64,000 bases of DNA, from contig NC_058368.1 of the NCBI RefSeq assembly GCF_018350175.1, positions 224,690,001 through 224,754,000 of the forward strand, written 5' to 3'. The translations under genes were made by a program, and so were the position numbers. The notes under the pieces were generated by a model that saw only the letters and a list, made by a program, of their open reading frames with translations, was not told the DNA's origin and made no database searches. Shown here piece by piece: positions 39,016 to 52,614 of the stretch (within the stretch, counting starts at the first letter, position 1; every line of letters starts with the position of its first letter). Source of the stretch: Felis catus. Taxonomy: Eukaryota.

Positions 39016-41672
39016 GAAATAAAGCAATGGATCGCCATGTGTTGCCGTGCATGAGCCAGTTGGAAAGATCGGTTCCATGACCTGAATAGGGAACAGGTTG
39101 CTTAGTCGAGATTCTTTTGTTTTCAGCATATTCATCAACTGTGTGTCTTAAGACTCAGTGATGCTTCCTGATAAAAACTGCATAAAATCTCTATCTGGGG
39201 ATCTTTGGGAAATATAATAATTTGAAATCCCATTGCCCACAGGAGCACTGGCAAAATTCAGATATGGGGTAGTTCTCAGGGAAACTATGAAACGGTAATC
39301 CAGATCATCTAGGGGACCACTTTTTAACTCAATGCATGGAATTTGCAGACCTCTAGAAATACATCTCAGGATACACCACCATTTTAAATTGTAATTTATT
39401 TGGCAAGTCAGTGAAAGAATGGAAGAAAACGTAACCAATAAGCTTTTGCCAGATCATGGCAGGTAAGATCTACCTCAACATCTGGATCTCACAGAATCGA
39501 GGAAAATGAGTCTTCTTTTATGTGTACTAACCCAAAAGCCATTATTGGGAAAATAAAGAAAATGCTACCACGTTTCATGGGATTTCAAGCCTGGAGAGGT
39601 GTTTGCAACCTGAGAGAATAGCTTTGTCAATATAGAGCATAATTTCACTACAACAGATTACAAAGAGTCGGAGACCCCGAGTCAGGAAGATGTTTATTTG
39701 AACGAGGATTTGTTTCATGTTTAAAATTTTGGATGATCAGTCTCAAAGTTGTGGCTGATAACGTGAACCACGAATGCCACCGAAGGAAAGTAATGCTTGT
39801 GGTTCAAGCATTTAATGCAGCAGTAAAAGGAAGAGCAAAGTGACTCGGTAATTTTGACCGAGCTAGTCGAGGCATGCCAATATCAACGCTTGCCACGAAA
39901 AAAGGATGGGGGTGGGCGGAGAAGCTGACGATGTAATAGAAACACCAGACAAGCTGTCATTTCAGTGTTCCTGGCAAGGGAAACAGAGTCAATGTGATAA
40001 TAATGTTTTAGAGAAGCTGTCCAGAAAAACAGGATAGGAAACTCGACACAGTTCTATTACTCACTACCTGAACTGCACGGAGATGTTAGGAGAAGCCGGA
40101 GAGGAAAAATAACGTTAAGTCTTGATGTGATCGCTACTGCGCCACAGGAGTTACACCTGCCGTTATCAGTTTCCACCCCTTAACCCCCCTTCATCCTTTG
40201 GGTAGGGACTATCTATCACAAGCTCTATTTTTACAATCTCAGAAATGGGACATAAGTGGATTTCTGGAGTGATAGCCCTGCGTATAAAGTTTCATCAAAG
40301 CCAAATAGTTCAGAAAACAGCCATGGTGTAAGCCAAGGATTTCTGGGGGAGTCAAGGGCACAGCTGCGTGAAAGAGGCAAGTGAACAACTTCTATATTGA
40401 ATAAATATCAGTTTAGCAGGCGATAGTGCTTAAAATTTTAATAGGAAATAGGGCCACAGAGGCTAGAAATCAGAATGAAGACTTTTTTTTTTCCTACTGT
40501 TTCTTAATACTGAAAACCAGCTGCGGTTTACAGCATTTGGGATTCTATTAAAATTAGTCAATAGTGTATTGCCTCTGACATTTATTTTCGCCTTCGCCCG
40601 TGGCATTGTGGCCCACGACGGCTCCCTGCAGCTTGTTGTGTTTATTCTGTGCTTTGGTAGCCTTAAACATTTGACTGTTAGGTGTAATTCAGGTGATAGC
40701 TATGGAATTTTGCAATTAGTTGTAACTGAATTTGGAAAGGGGAACTGCTTCCCTACCACAGCTTTCTAAAATGGCATCTGCAATAAAAAAAAAAAAAAAA
40801 AAAAAAAAAAATTCCCCCGAATTGTAACTCATTACAGGAACGTCTAGGGTGCAATGAGACGCTAAGGGGTTCAAGTGGGGGACATCAGCAAGACTTAATC
40901 CCGTAATAAAATGGGCGATAGTTTTTCACGTGGTTTCACTGACTATTCCGTGGAACAGTTAATTTTTAAAAGCAAATGATCTCTAAATGTGTGAACCTGT
41001 AAGAGAGCCACTCAGATCCGGGTTCCTTTTGGTTGCCAAGGGAACCATGTCATAGACATTCACATAAATAAACTCTAGACAGTGGGAGGAAGCAGCATAA
41101 ATATAGGAACAGGTTCCCTGGATTCTTTCTTTCTATGAGAAAAATTCTCTCTCCCTGTCACCGTATACGCACCAAAAAAATCTACAAAATAGGAGAGTCA
41201 TACCTTGTCCATGACAGGTGTAAGCGGGATAATACTACATTTACTCAGAATGTGAGAATTAACCGGGGGTAGGTCTCTAAAATTGCCCGTGTTCGAAGTT
41301 TCCGAGATGAGCACCAAGAAGGCTGATTTTCTCATTGGGATTTTAATGCGTTGTTCATTTACACACTCACGAAAACAGGTCCTGATGTTATATTTTACTT
41401 CTTTTCTATACCTATCCCTCCGAGAAAACAGATAGAGATTGTTTTCGTCTTGCAAAGTTGTGCAACACTACCTATCCAACAAAAGCTCAAAAATAGGGTC
41501 AAGTTTATATCTTCAAATTTTTGTCGAAGTTGTGACTCTCAGAGGTGATCTCAGGCTTTAGGAGATCTGAAAATATTTCAGAGTTCTGAAAACTATGAGG
41601 CATCTAAATATAAACCAAACAAAAATAAGATTTTAACAACCCTGCCTTTTTAGGCGTTATGATACAAATTCT

Positions 41673-41874
41673 TTTTTTTTTTTTTTAAGTTTATTTATTT
41701 GCTTTGAGAGAGAGCACAAACAGGTAGGGGCAGAGAGAAAGACAGAATTCTAAGCAGATTCTTAGCCATGAGCGCACAGCCTGATGGCGGGCTCGAACTC
41801 ATGAACTGTGAGACCATGACCTGAACTGAGATCAAGAGTCAGACATTCAACTGACTGCGTCACCCAGGTGTCCC
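41673..41874 (-). mobile_element. Can-SINE
   Basis: Poly-T tail, body ending CCCAGGTGTCCC; TSD ATACA(A/G)ATTCT. Confidence 0.9.
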
Positions 41875-42838
41875 TGTAATACAGATTCTATGAATTGATA
41901 TTATATTCCTCTTTTCAATGCTTTCTTGGCATTAAATACCAACTTTAACCTATTCAATCAATCAACAGAATGGGCTCTTTAGTTTTTGCTGGATGGCCAC
42001 ATGTCCCCTTCGCCAATAGGGCAGACCTCTGTTTTCCTCTGTAGGACTAGCTGTTCTCTCATTCTAGGGCATCAGACAGGGAAGATCAATCTCGGTTTTT
42101 CTGGGTGTAGACCTAAGCCTCAATCCAAGTCCAATTCTCCACCAGAGTAATGCAATTAGAAGTTGGTTGGAACTCATTTCCTGCTGTGAAAAGTCCTGAT
42201 CTTGCCTTATTATCTATCAACATCTGGCTTTTCAGGGTTTCCCTTAATTCTGTCATTTCTTCACCATTCTCCCAATATATGTACCCTCTTCCTTAAATTA
42301 ACTAGAATAGGTTTCATCTGAGTTGAGCCAAAGGCTTCTAACTCAGGATTCTGCCTCTGGCTACAGGAGCAAAAATATTTTATAATAAAATTACTCTAGC
42401 TTCCATAATAATCAATGTAAAAAATGTCCTATTTTCACTAACCTGTCTTAAATGACTTTAAGTCAATGCATTATTTATATTTACCATCTTATGCAGAACT
42501 AAATAGAATCCTTTCTTTAAGTGTTAAAAGGATAAAATCGAGTTCCAGAAGTGTAGGTTTGGAATAAAAAGTATACATCCAGTGTCTCTGGGTCCTTTAG
42601 TATAATGAAAGCTAAAATTTTACTCATTCTCCATCGTGAACAGAATAATTGCCTCACTGCAAACTTCAGACTGAGTCCCGAATGTATTTCAGTAAGTGGA
42701 AAGCAGGATCTATATTTTAAAAATGTTTATAAATCTTAGAAAAGAAAACGCAGATTTGTAAGGCATATAATAGATGTGCAGTATATTCAGAGAAAATTTA
42801 AAACAAGGTGATGCTTACTTCCATGAAAGCCATTTGTA

Positions 42839-42999
42839 GGTGCCTGGGTGGCTCAGTCAGTTGAGCATCTGACTCCAGCTCAGGTCATGATCTCACAGTT
42901 GGTGAGTTCGAGCCCCATGTTGGGCTCTGAGCTGACAGCCCAGAGCCTGGAGCCTGTTTTGGATTCTGTGCCTCCCTCTCCCTCTGTCCCACCCCCACT

Positions 43000-43035
<36 letters not shown>

Positions 43036-43064
43036 AATAAATAAATATTTTTTTAATTAAAAAA
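42839..43064 (+). mobile_element. Can-SINE
   Basis: TSD AAAGCCATTT(G/A)TA. Confidence 0.92.
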
Positions 43065-43258
43065 AAGCCATTTATAATTTTAACCCCCCAAAAAGTTTGC
43101 GTTTTGTAAATATTACCTTATGTTTTTGTTCATTCACTCATCAAATATTTATCAAGTGTCATTTTGGGCCAGAAATTGCTTCAGCGCTGAGGACACAGCA
43201 GTAAACAAAATGCCTGCCTTCATGAAGATTATATTCTGGTTAGAAATACAAACATTAA

Positions 43259-43488
43259 GGGGTGCCTGGGTGGCTCAGTCGGTTAAGCCTCTGACTTCGG
43301 CTCAGGTCATGATCTCACTGTTGATGAGTTCGAGCCCCACGTCGGGCTCTGTGCTGACAGCTCGGAGCCTGGAGCCTGCTTCGGATTCTGTGTCTCCCTC
43401 TCTCACTGCCCCTCCCCTGCTCACGCTCTTTCTCGCTCTCTCTTGCTCTCTCTCTCAAGTAGATACACATAAAAGAAGGGGGAAAAAA
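43259..43488 (+). mobile_element. Can-SINE (within a minus-strand L2 relic, ~43125-44110)
   Basis: Exact 17-bp TSD AGAAATACAAACATTAA at 43242-43258 and 43489-43505. Confidence 0.95.
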
Positions 43489-44267
43489 AGAAATACAAAC
43501 ATTAACAATATTGTAAGAAAAATGATATTGTGTTTGATCGTGATGAGTCTAAGCAGGCAAAAACAGGAAAGGAGATGCATGTCACAGAGAGGAGGAGAAG
43601 GCTTCTGTGGAAGGGACTTTTGATCCAATATCAGAACAAAGGGAGGGAGAGACCCATGGCATATTTGACAGAAGAATAAAGAATGTGAATTTTATCATGG
43701 TTTGCTTTGTTAAACTCTTCTCCTAGTGCTGATCATTGGCCATTGCAAGAAACACCCAACAGATAATTACCAAAAGAGAGAATAGCGAGTAGAAAGGCCC
43801 TGAAGTCGTGGAGAGTTTGCTGTATTTGAAGGGAAAAAGGAGTTCAGGTGGGAGGTCAGTGAGTATGGCATTTTAGCTGAGCAGAAGGAACAGTGTGAGA
43901 GATTAAGCTGGAACAGAAGGATGGTCCAGTGAGCAAAGGGCCTTGGAGGTCTTGGTGGAAAACGGGGCTCTAGTCTAAATGAGAAGTCCGACAAAGATTT
44001 TAAACGAGGGAACTGCTATAATCAAATGAATATTTTCAAAGGCTCATTCTTGAACTTTCAGGAATTGGAAATGAGAAGGTGAAGGAACAGCACAACCACT
44101 TAGAGACTGTTGTGTTTAAGTCAGATTTTTTCAAACACGTGTCGGAAATGGAGTTTTGAGGAGAACCATTGACACAAACGTCCTTTCTGGAAACAGCTAA
44201 TTCTAATTCAGCTTAAATGTGTCAGAGAGATCTTTAACCTCTCATGAAAAATTAATCTCTAATAAAA

Positions 44268-44463
44268 AAATTAATTTTGTAATGTTTATTTATTTTAGAG
44301 AGAGAGAGGGTGAGCAGGTGAGGGGCAGAGAGAGGGGGACAGAGGATTCAAAGCAGGCTCTGCCCTGAAGCAGCAAGCCCAATGTGGGGCTTGAATTCAC
44401 CAATGGTGATCATGACCTGAGCCAAAGTCAGATGCTCAACCGACTGAGCCACCCAGGTGTCCC
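44268..44463 (-). mobile_element. Can-SINE
   Basis: Body ending GCCACCCAGGTGTCCC. Confidence 0.9.
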
Positions 44464-44492
44464 TAACCATGGCATTTAAAAGTCCCCAGCCT

Positions 44493-44692
44493 GGGGTGCC
44501 TGAGTGGCTCAGTCAGTTAAGCAGCCTACTTTGGCTCTGGTCATGATCTCACGGGTTCATGAGTTTGAGCCCCATGTCTGTGCTGACAGCCTGGAACTTT
44601 CTCTGGATTATGTGTCTCCCTCTCTCTGCCCCCCACTCCTTGCACTCTGTCTCTCCCTCAAAAATAAATAAACATTAAAAAGAATTTTTTTT
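44493..44692 (+). mobile_element. Can-SINE
   Basis: TSD AAGT(C/T)CCCAGCC. Confidence 0.92.
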
Positions 44693-44854
44693 AAGTTCCC
44701 AGCCCAACAGCAAACCATTACCTATCAAGATAGAGTGGTTACTTTCCTCCGTCCTCACAACATGTAACACCACCGGTGCTCATCTTTTTTATTCACTATT
44801 TACCTCCTCTCACCATAATGCAAGTATCAGGACGGTGAGAACTGGTCTTTCATG

Positions 44855-45770
44855 TTAATTTTTTAAATTACTAGATATTAGTTTAGAGCAAGTTTAGGTT
44901 TATAGAAAAATCAAACTTCAAGTACGAAAAGTTCCCATCTATCCTCTTGTGCACACCGTATACGTTAGCGCAAGAGATCTTGCACCTGTGCGCTGCATTG
45001 CTTACCATGATGAGCCAATATTGAATCGTCATTAGCCACAGTCCAAAGTTTACCTTAGGCTTCACTCTTTGTGTTTGTGCATTCTATGAGTCTTGACATA
45101 TGTGTGATGGCACGCATCCAGACCCACCATTACAGAATCATACGGAAGCGTTACGCTACACTGGGCTCCGCCCATTCATCTGTCCCTCCCCCGACCCTGC
45201 CCAGCAACCACTCATTTTTGTAGAGTCTTCCTAGATTTGCCTTTTCCAAAATATCAGATAGCTTGCATCAGATGGTGTGTAGCCTTTTCAGATAGGCTTC
45301 TTTCACTTCCCAATATGAATTCTAGGTTCCTCCTGTCACTTCATGACTCAATAAGTCATTTGCTGTTAATTGCTAAAAAATATTGCATTGTATGGATATA
45401 CCACAGTTAGTTTCTTCCTTCATCTGTTGAAGGACGTCAGTTTTGGTAATTGTGAATAAGTATCCCATGAACATTTGTGTGCAGGTTTTGTGCCAACAGA
45501 AATTTTCAACTCGCTTGGGTGAATACCAAGGAATGCAATTGCTGGATAATATGCCTGGGAGTCTACTAAGTTTCGCGAGAAATCGAGAAATTACCAACTC
45601 TCTTCCAAAGTTTTTTTGGCCTCTTACCAGCAATGATTGAGGGTCGCTGTTGCTCCACATCCTTGCCGGGATTTTATATTGTCATTTTTGTTTGTCATCT
45701 TATCATTTTGTTTGTCATTTTGCACACCATTCTAATAGGTGTGCGGTGGTAAGTCATTACTGTTTTCACA
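44855..45770 (-). mobile_element. Old L1 3' end (L1MC-like)
   Basis: TTTAGAGCAAGTTTAGGTTTATAGAAAAAT...AGTTCCCAT and CAGTCCAAAGTTTACCTTAGGCTTCACTCTTTGTG motifs; the C-terminal ORF2 relic HKTCTQMF. Confidence 0.78.
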
Positions 45771-47930
45771 TTCACTGTTAAATCCCCAGTATCTAGAAGC
45801 ATGTCTGACAGAGCAGAGGTGTGGGTTGGGGGGAGAGAGAGAGAGAGAATGACAAAAGGAATCAATCTAAAAACTATTAAAACTAAGAATGAGAAAACTC
45901 AGATACATTGCACCCAGATCAATAGTCTTAAGCACAAACAACAGGGTAGTATAAACAGAATTACCAGGGATTTGGACACAAACTACATAACTGTATTGAG
46001 GTGAATAAAATAATATTTTAATGAATGGACAAGCATGGAGAGTTTTTAGCTAGGACAACTAAAAGTTTGGGAGGCTCCCCAAAATAAATCCAAAAGATAA
46101 ATCTTATTTTAGTAAAAATTACCAAAAAAAAATTTTTTTACATTGACCTAGCAATTAAAAACATTGACCAGGCAACTGAAAGACTGCATCAAGGAAGGAA
46201 TATCCTAACGAACACTGTAAACCAGTTGCTTCACATCAAGCAGCATTGCCTTTGTTGGAGGGAAACTGCCTTCATCTCACTTCTCCGATCGCGTCCTCCT
46301 CAAAGACTAGAGTGAGGGTCACCGGCCTCTTGTGTGCCATCTGAGTACAATCCCACCGTCTCCCCAATTCTGAAGCATCTTTCTGGCATTAAAATTATTT
46401 TTCCCCAAATGTCCTTTTATCAGGGTTAAAATGTAGTTTAGCTTCATCCGGCTCTGCTTTGAACCAGTTTTCTTTCATAAGTAACACTCCAAGCATAAGA
46501 GGCTTGCCAAGTAACTTGCGCTTCCCACACAGAGGCACACATACTAGAAAGTGTCACAGTGGAAATTGGAGACCGGGTCTCTGAACAATACCGACATCTT
46601 TGAGGAAAACAGTCCATAAAAGATGCAATGAAATACACAGAAAGGCATTTGGACACAAGCCTTATTCTCATGAACGTCCCAAATGCTGCCCCATGTATTG
46701 GCTGTTTTGTTAGTCAAGGACAGAAAATCCATTTGTAGAAATCATCTATCAAGAAGTCGTATATTAGGATCATTTGCCTTCCAGGGATCCTTGCATACAA
46801 TTCCAACAAAAGGAAAATGTCATACTGCCAAAGCCTTGACTGGGCCAGGCAAGCCCAAGAACAGCTGCTTCTATTTTCTCGATTCACATCTGTGTCTAAT
46901 AATTCATGCTTGACTTTGATGTGGTCATTGGCAAGTCAACATTTCCCCAAATCCAGGGTTTCAACCCAGAATAAAGTTTCATGCTTTGTGTTTTTAAGAA
47001 CTTAACCCATTTCCCCCACTTAAACTCCCTTATCGCTCTTAATGCAATGGCATGAGACTACAATGTCTCAGTGTATTCCTAGTGCCAACATACATCATGT
47101 GTGCAGGTAATTCACACACCGTCCATCTTCTACAGGTTCTATTTGTCCCTGAACATTCATAGATGCTTATAAATTAGTTCTCATAGCAGTGTACCTTGTT
47201 AGATATACCCTACTAGATCATATTTTATGACTATGTTCCTTTATTCAGATTATCTACTCTCACCTAACTTCGTGTGATCTATAAATACAGCATCACCTCA
47301 TTCATTTATTCACTCAGGAAACTTCTTGAAAGCTGAGAATTCTTCAGACACTAAAAGGCACTCAAGATAAAAAGTTAAATTATTCCTATTCTGAAAGTCA
47401 TGTCAAGGGAAGAAGAAAACACCAGAATTAATCATTCTAACAATCATAAAATTAGAATAATGCTATAATTTCTTGCATCTAATAGAAGACAGGTCTCAGA
47501 TATGTGGTACAGGCCAGGATTTCACCATTGACTTTCCGGAATCAAAGGTGGTTCCCCAATTCCTCTAAGCTTTGTTTGTCATCCAGTGAAGAGGGAGAAA
47601 GCGAGAGTTGCCCGTGTATAGGACACATGGGAGGGGCAATCAAGGGCAGGGTGAGGAAGGATTGAGACCATTTATGGGAAGGTGCTCATATGTGCCACAC
47701 ATTTTTTAGAACAATTTTTTCCTAGTGATTTCTCCCTATTTCCATTTATCTCCATATTTATGCTTTTATTGCACTGCAATTTCATTCTCTTTTCCAACAT
47801 GAAATACAGTATGATACACTTAAAATTGCTGTAACGTATTAACTGAAACAAGGTCTTCAAAAGGCCACTGTAAATCTCACTGTTGGTGCTATTCAGAGAT
47901 GATCTTCTTTAGTTAAAATTGTTGACTCTT

Positions 47931-48131
47931 GGGGCACCTGGGTGGCTCGGTCGGTTAAACATCCAATTCTTGGTTTCAGGTCAAGTCATGATCTCATGGT
48001 TTCATGAGTTTGAGCCCCACAGTGGGCTCTGCATTGGCATTGCAGAGCCTGCTTGGTATTCCCTCTCTCCCTCTCTCTGCCCATCCCCCACTCACTCTGT
48101 CTCTGTCGCTCTCAAAATAAATAATTTAAAA
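47931..48131 (+). mobile_element. Can-SINE
   Basis: Exact 16-bp TSD AAAATTGTTGACTCTT at 47915-47930 and 48132-48147. Confidence 0.95.
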
Positions 48132-49644
48132 AAAATTGTTGACTCTTATCCCACCCACACACCACTGTAGTCTTTATTTCTCTGTTTTACATGTAAGACA
48201 CGTACAAGAAGCCTTGTCAAGTAGTGTGCTTTCAGCTCTGACACTCCCCTGGCTTCTTGGTCAATAGAAGACAACCTCAGTGATTATCGTCTTCTCCTCG
48301 CACTCCCATAAAATGTTTCTTCACTTATGTTTAGCATTCAAGCTCTATGAGACCTTTTTTGTGTACGATTCAATGTTGTAACACCATACTTAGGAGAGCG
48401 TCTGCCATAAGGTAGGTGCTGCTGCTGGAAATACATGAAGTCAGTGAACCCTGTAATAAATTTATTCCAGGGCACAAAATACTAACTGATCTAATGTTAC
48501 CGAAATATACCCTCCAAAATGTTCATTTTGAAAATCAGAGTCCCATAGTGTTCTAGAAGCCTCTGTCAGATGACTAAGAGAGGGAATCCCAGACTTGGAT
48601 TGCAGATGACATAAAAGCACAGTAAGCAATACAAACTGTGCTGAGGAAGACTGGGAACGAGTAGACGCGTCAAGCATATCCAGGACTTTCTTCTTGCCAC
48701 TCGTTGTGAGGCCAATCCCGGGAGCAATGATAGATCTCATCCCTCCCTAATTTACTCACATAGACAGAGCACATTTGTACTCTTAACATCCAGACATTTA
48801 AAGTAAAGCCTTTTATCGGGTTGAAATGAGAAAAAAAAAAGTAGAACCAAAAGTCCAATCTTCAACCAACCTTTTCCTAAGCTGTTGATGCAGGTTCATG
48901 GGATCATCGGTCACCATGTGGCTGACTCTAAATGACACATCATGGCTTCTCTTAGATGTTGTGTCATTTAGTTTTTCAAGGAAGTCAGAGAATTGAGTTG
49001 TCTTAAATCATCATCTGAATAAGAAATATGTGCATTCAACCACCCTAATCTGTATCAAGAGCTGAATCTTTTTATTGTTTTATCAGAAGTAGAGGTTTAT
49101 TTCTCACTGACCCACCGCCCTAAGAGTTGCTGTATCCAAAGTGAATCCATGAATCCTTCTCTGTTTTTATTAAACTTGACTTTGGTAATATTGGATGCTA
49201 ACACATTTTGCAGAGCATATTGTAGACAAGAATAAGCTTTTGTCTATTTTAGTAAGTGAATAACTTAGAAATTATGTTTGTTCTCTCTTGCTTATTTCTA
49301 ATGGAGAAATAATCTTATAAAGAAATCCTTTATATATTTGTCCAATTGTGGGAGTCTTTCTAATTTGCAAAACTCATTAAGAGCACTGATACTTGTTGGC
49401 ATTCATATTCCCAGCTCCTCTTGGTGATTCAGGATATAGTTAATCTTGGCAAGCAGAACAAACTAATTTCTCACACAATCCCTTCAAGGCTTTCAGGCTT
49501 TAGTTCAGAGTCACCAGCATTTATCTTCCCTTTTTAAACTGAAAATTCCTTTTCCTTCAAAATGAAGATGAAAACAATAGGAGATATAGAGGACTTCTTC
49601 CCCTCTTGCCCAAACAGTATTGGTTTGAAATATACATTTTTAAT

Positions 49645-49743
49645 TCAGCACAGAGCCTGATTAAGGGCTCAACTTCACTGACCGGGAGACCATGACCTGA
49701 GCCAAAGTTGGATGCTTAACTGACTGAGCCACCCAGGCATCCC
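49645..49743 (-). mobile_element. Can-SINE, 5' half only
   Basis: Head through CTGTGCTGA present; CT tract missing. Confidence 0.8.
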
Positions 49744-50524
49744 AAAAACACCTGCTCATTTTAAAATATACTGTCCCTGATACACTTCTTGTGGATATAT
49801 ACCACCATATTATTTTTTTTTTGCCTTGGAGGCCAACTTTCCATATTGTAGATAGAAGCATCTATCTATGAATTCATTTATCTCGGGTCCTGAAGGTTTC
49901 TGGAGACCCCTCCCTCATCTCCGTGAACTCTTCACTCTTAAATTATCACCATAAACTATAATGATCCATTCTAATCCTTCCCAGGAAATGAATCCTGACA
50001 GTCTGCCCCAAGTTCTGAGATTTTAAACATTAAATGTCAATATCTTGTTTTAAATGTTTGTTACTGTGCCTTCACCAGAGGAAAAATAAATCATCAATTG
50101 CAAAAGACAATAAGTCAATGAAATCAGGCGGGAAAGTAACAATTGTGTTGTATAAATAAAATAATGTGATTACATTATTTTCAGAATAGCTGTTTGAAAA
50201 AAATCATTTTATAAAACTTCACAAACATTCCATCTATTTTTAATCCATACTCCATTTCTTTACATTTGCACCAAGCACAGGTTTTTGTACGTAATACCGC
50301 AAACTCAAAAGAGTCCCTTTGGTAGAGTTAAGAGTTTTGGTCTCCTATAGTGAAACATTTTGGCATTAGAATTTCTGCTTTAACTACTAGTCATGCTACT
50401 TTCTTATGGATCTCACAGCAATACCTTTCTCTGGGTTTCATTTTCTTCATTTATAAAGCAATAGTTCACAAAGTGTCCACAAAGAGATAGAAATTTATCT
50501 TTTCAACCAGCAACTATGTCTTAT

Positions 50525-50778
50525 TTATGTATTTATTTATTTATTTTTAAATTTATTTTTTATTTATTTTTATTTTTTTAAATATTTTTATTTAGTTTTG
50601 AGACAGAGAGAAAGCACAATCTGAGGAGGGGCAGAGAGAGAGAGAGCATGAGACAGGGACCCAAGCAGGCTCCGAGCTGTCAGCACAGAGCCTGACGCAG
50701 GGCTCGAACCCACAAACCGCCAGATCATGACCTGAGCTGAAGTCGGACGCTTAGCCGAATGAGCCACTCAGGCACCCC
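50525..50778 (-). mobile_element. Can-SINE with (TTTA)n tail
   Basis: Typical body with several CpGs retained. Confidence 0.93.
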
Positions 50779-50829
50779 CAAATGTGTCTTTTTTAAATTC
50801 AACTTCCCTTATCAATTAAACGTTATTCC

Positions 50830-51465
50830 TTTGTGTTTGGTTTAGCTTTCCTTACAAATTTTGGAATCACCCTGACAAATTATACAGTAATGGTTTCAGC
50901 TGCAATTCTTTTGAATCAATAAGGTCAGTTCAGTTTTGGGGGGAACTGACGTTTTAACAATAGTGAACTTCACCACATTGAGTCTCTGTACTTTTATTAC
51001 ATCTTTCTTTAATGTAATTAATCAGTGTATCTGTACGTTTATTACATCTTCTTTTCTTTAACTCATCAGTGTTTTGCTATTTTCAGCACATCTACAGATA
51101 TTGTATATATTTGGAAGGTTTATACTTATTTCACATATTAGCATTTTTGGTAATCATACCAGTAGTATTTTATTTCTGTGTTTCATTATCTGCTGCTAGC
51201 ATATAAAAATATAATTGACTTTGAACATTTATCCTCTAAGTTACCATATTGCTCAAGTCACATTTCAGCCTTGGTATCTTTTTATACAGTCTAAGGATGA
51301 TCTATAGAGATAATTTGGTGACAGTCTCATTGTTTTTCTTCAAATATGTCTTCTTCCCCATTCCCTCTCATTTTCCGGGTTTCTGGTGACACATATTTTA
51401 GATTGTTTAATTTTGTTCTTAGTTCATTCATAGTTCTTAGATGCTCTGGTCATTTTATTTTCACA

Positions 51466-51516
<51 letters not shown>

Positions 51517-51900
51517 CTTCAAGTTGTGTAATTTCATTTTGACCTATCTTTAAGTTCACTGATAATTTCCTCTGCTGTGTCAAATCTGTTGTTTAGCCCA
51601 CCAAAGCCATTCTTTGTCTTTGTCCATGTGTTTTTCCATTTGATTCTTTCTTACAGTTTCTAAATGTCTGCTGAAATTACCTTGTGGATCATACACATTG
51701 CCCATCTTTTGCACGGGAGACTTCAGCATATCATTGGCATTATTTTAAATTCCATGTCTGATGGTATCTCTTTCCCATTGTTTGATCTTTTGACCATGTG
51801 CTATTTTTTTTCTTCGCTCTTCATATCCCTTATGATTTGCTTTCTTTTGTGGAAAGCGATTTTCTTGTACTGTACTGAACAGTAGAGATTGAAGCAAAGT
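50830..51900 (-). mobile_element. Ancient L1 (L1M-type) fragments with an embedded (TG)n at ~51467-51516
   Basis: GGGGGAACTGACGTTTTAACAATA; GACCTATCTTTAAGTTCACTGATAATTTCCTCTGCTGTGTCAAATCTG; may extend further right. Confidence 0.6.
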
Positions 51901-52614
51901 AATTATTATGACATTGGGCACCTTTTCCTTCTGCTAAAACTCTACTGGGGAGGTTGAATCAATCTAGTCAGAGGTCGAGTTTTTTTTTTATTATTATTGC
52001 TTTTTGCTATAGCCACAAATTTCTCTAATTCCTCTAATATTACCTTAGGTTTAGAGGGGAGACCCAAACCACAGCCTCCAATGTCAGTTCCACTCTTGGC
52101 TTTAGGCCTTCCCTTTACGTGGTGCCTTAGATTGTGCTTCATGATCTTCTGCTCCTACCAGTGAAGTTACTTGTACTACTTACTACCAGATGCCCATGAG
52201 CCTGACGGAGAGGAAGGAGAAGGAGCATTCCTATTATTCATCTTCAGTCTTTGGCAGACCCCAGGGTCCCAGGGGTAAGGGTATTCTCACTTATCTGGTC
52301 TTGTCCCTGGCCGTCGCTCTGAGCCCAGTGTCCTCGCCTGCTCCTCCACACTGGTGGGAGTTAAGAATTTTTTTCTATTCTATTTCCCTAGACGTAATAG
52401 GTTTTCACCTGTGGTCTAAAAGCAACAGGTTCTGTTTTCTTTCCTAAAGTGTATTCTGTGGAAAAGATAGGGACAAGGATCCAGACAGTGTTCCATGACT
52501 TTCCAAGGTCTCTGGGACTCTCCTCCCCAGGCCTTCACCATAAGAGGAGGGATGTTTTATAGGACTCTCATCCTGCCCCTAATCTTATTAAGAAGATTCT
52601 CTAAGAGATGTACG

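Noticed and set aside
40781..40810. AATAAA merging into a poly-A run as a processed-pseudogene end
   Set aside because: No upstream ORF relic, no TSD, and no spacing between signal and A run
43120..43623. 167-aa ORF, and similar 'AQVMIS…SLSLS' ORFs elsewhere
   Set aside because: These are translations of Can-SINE bodies and flanks, not genes
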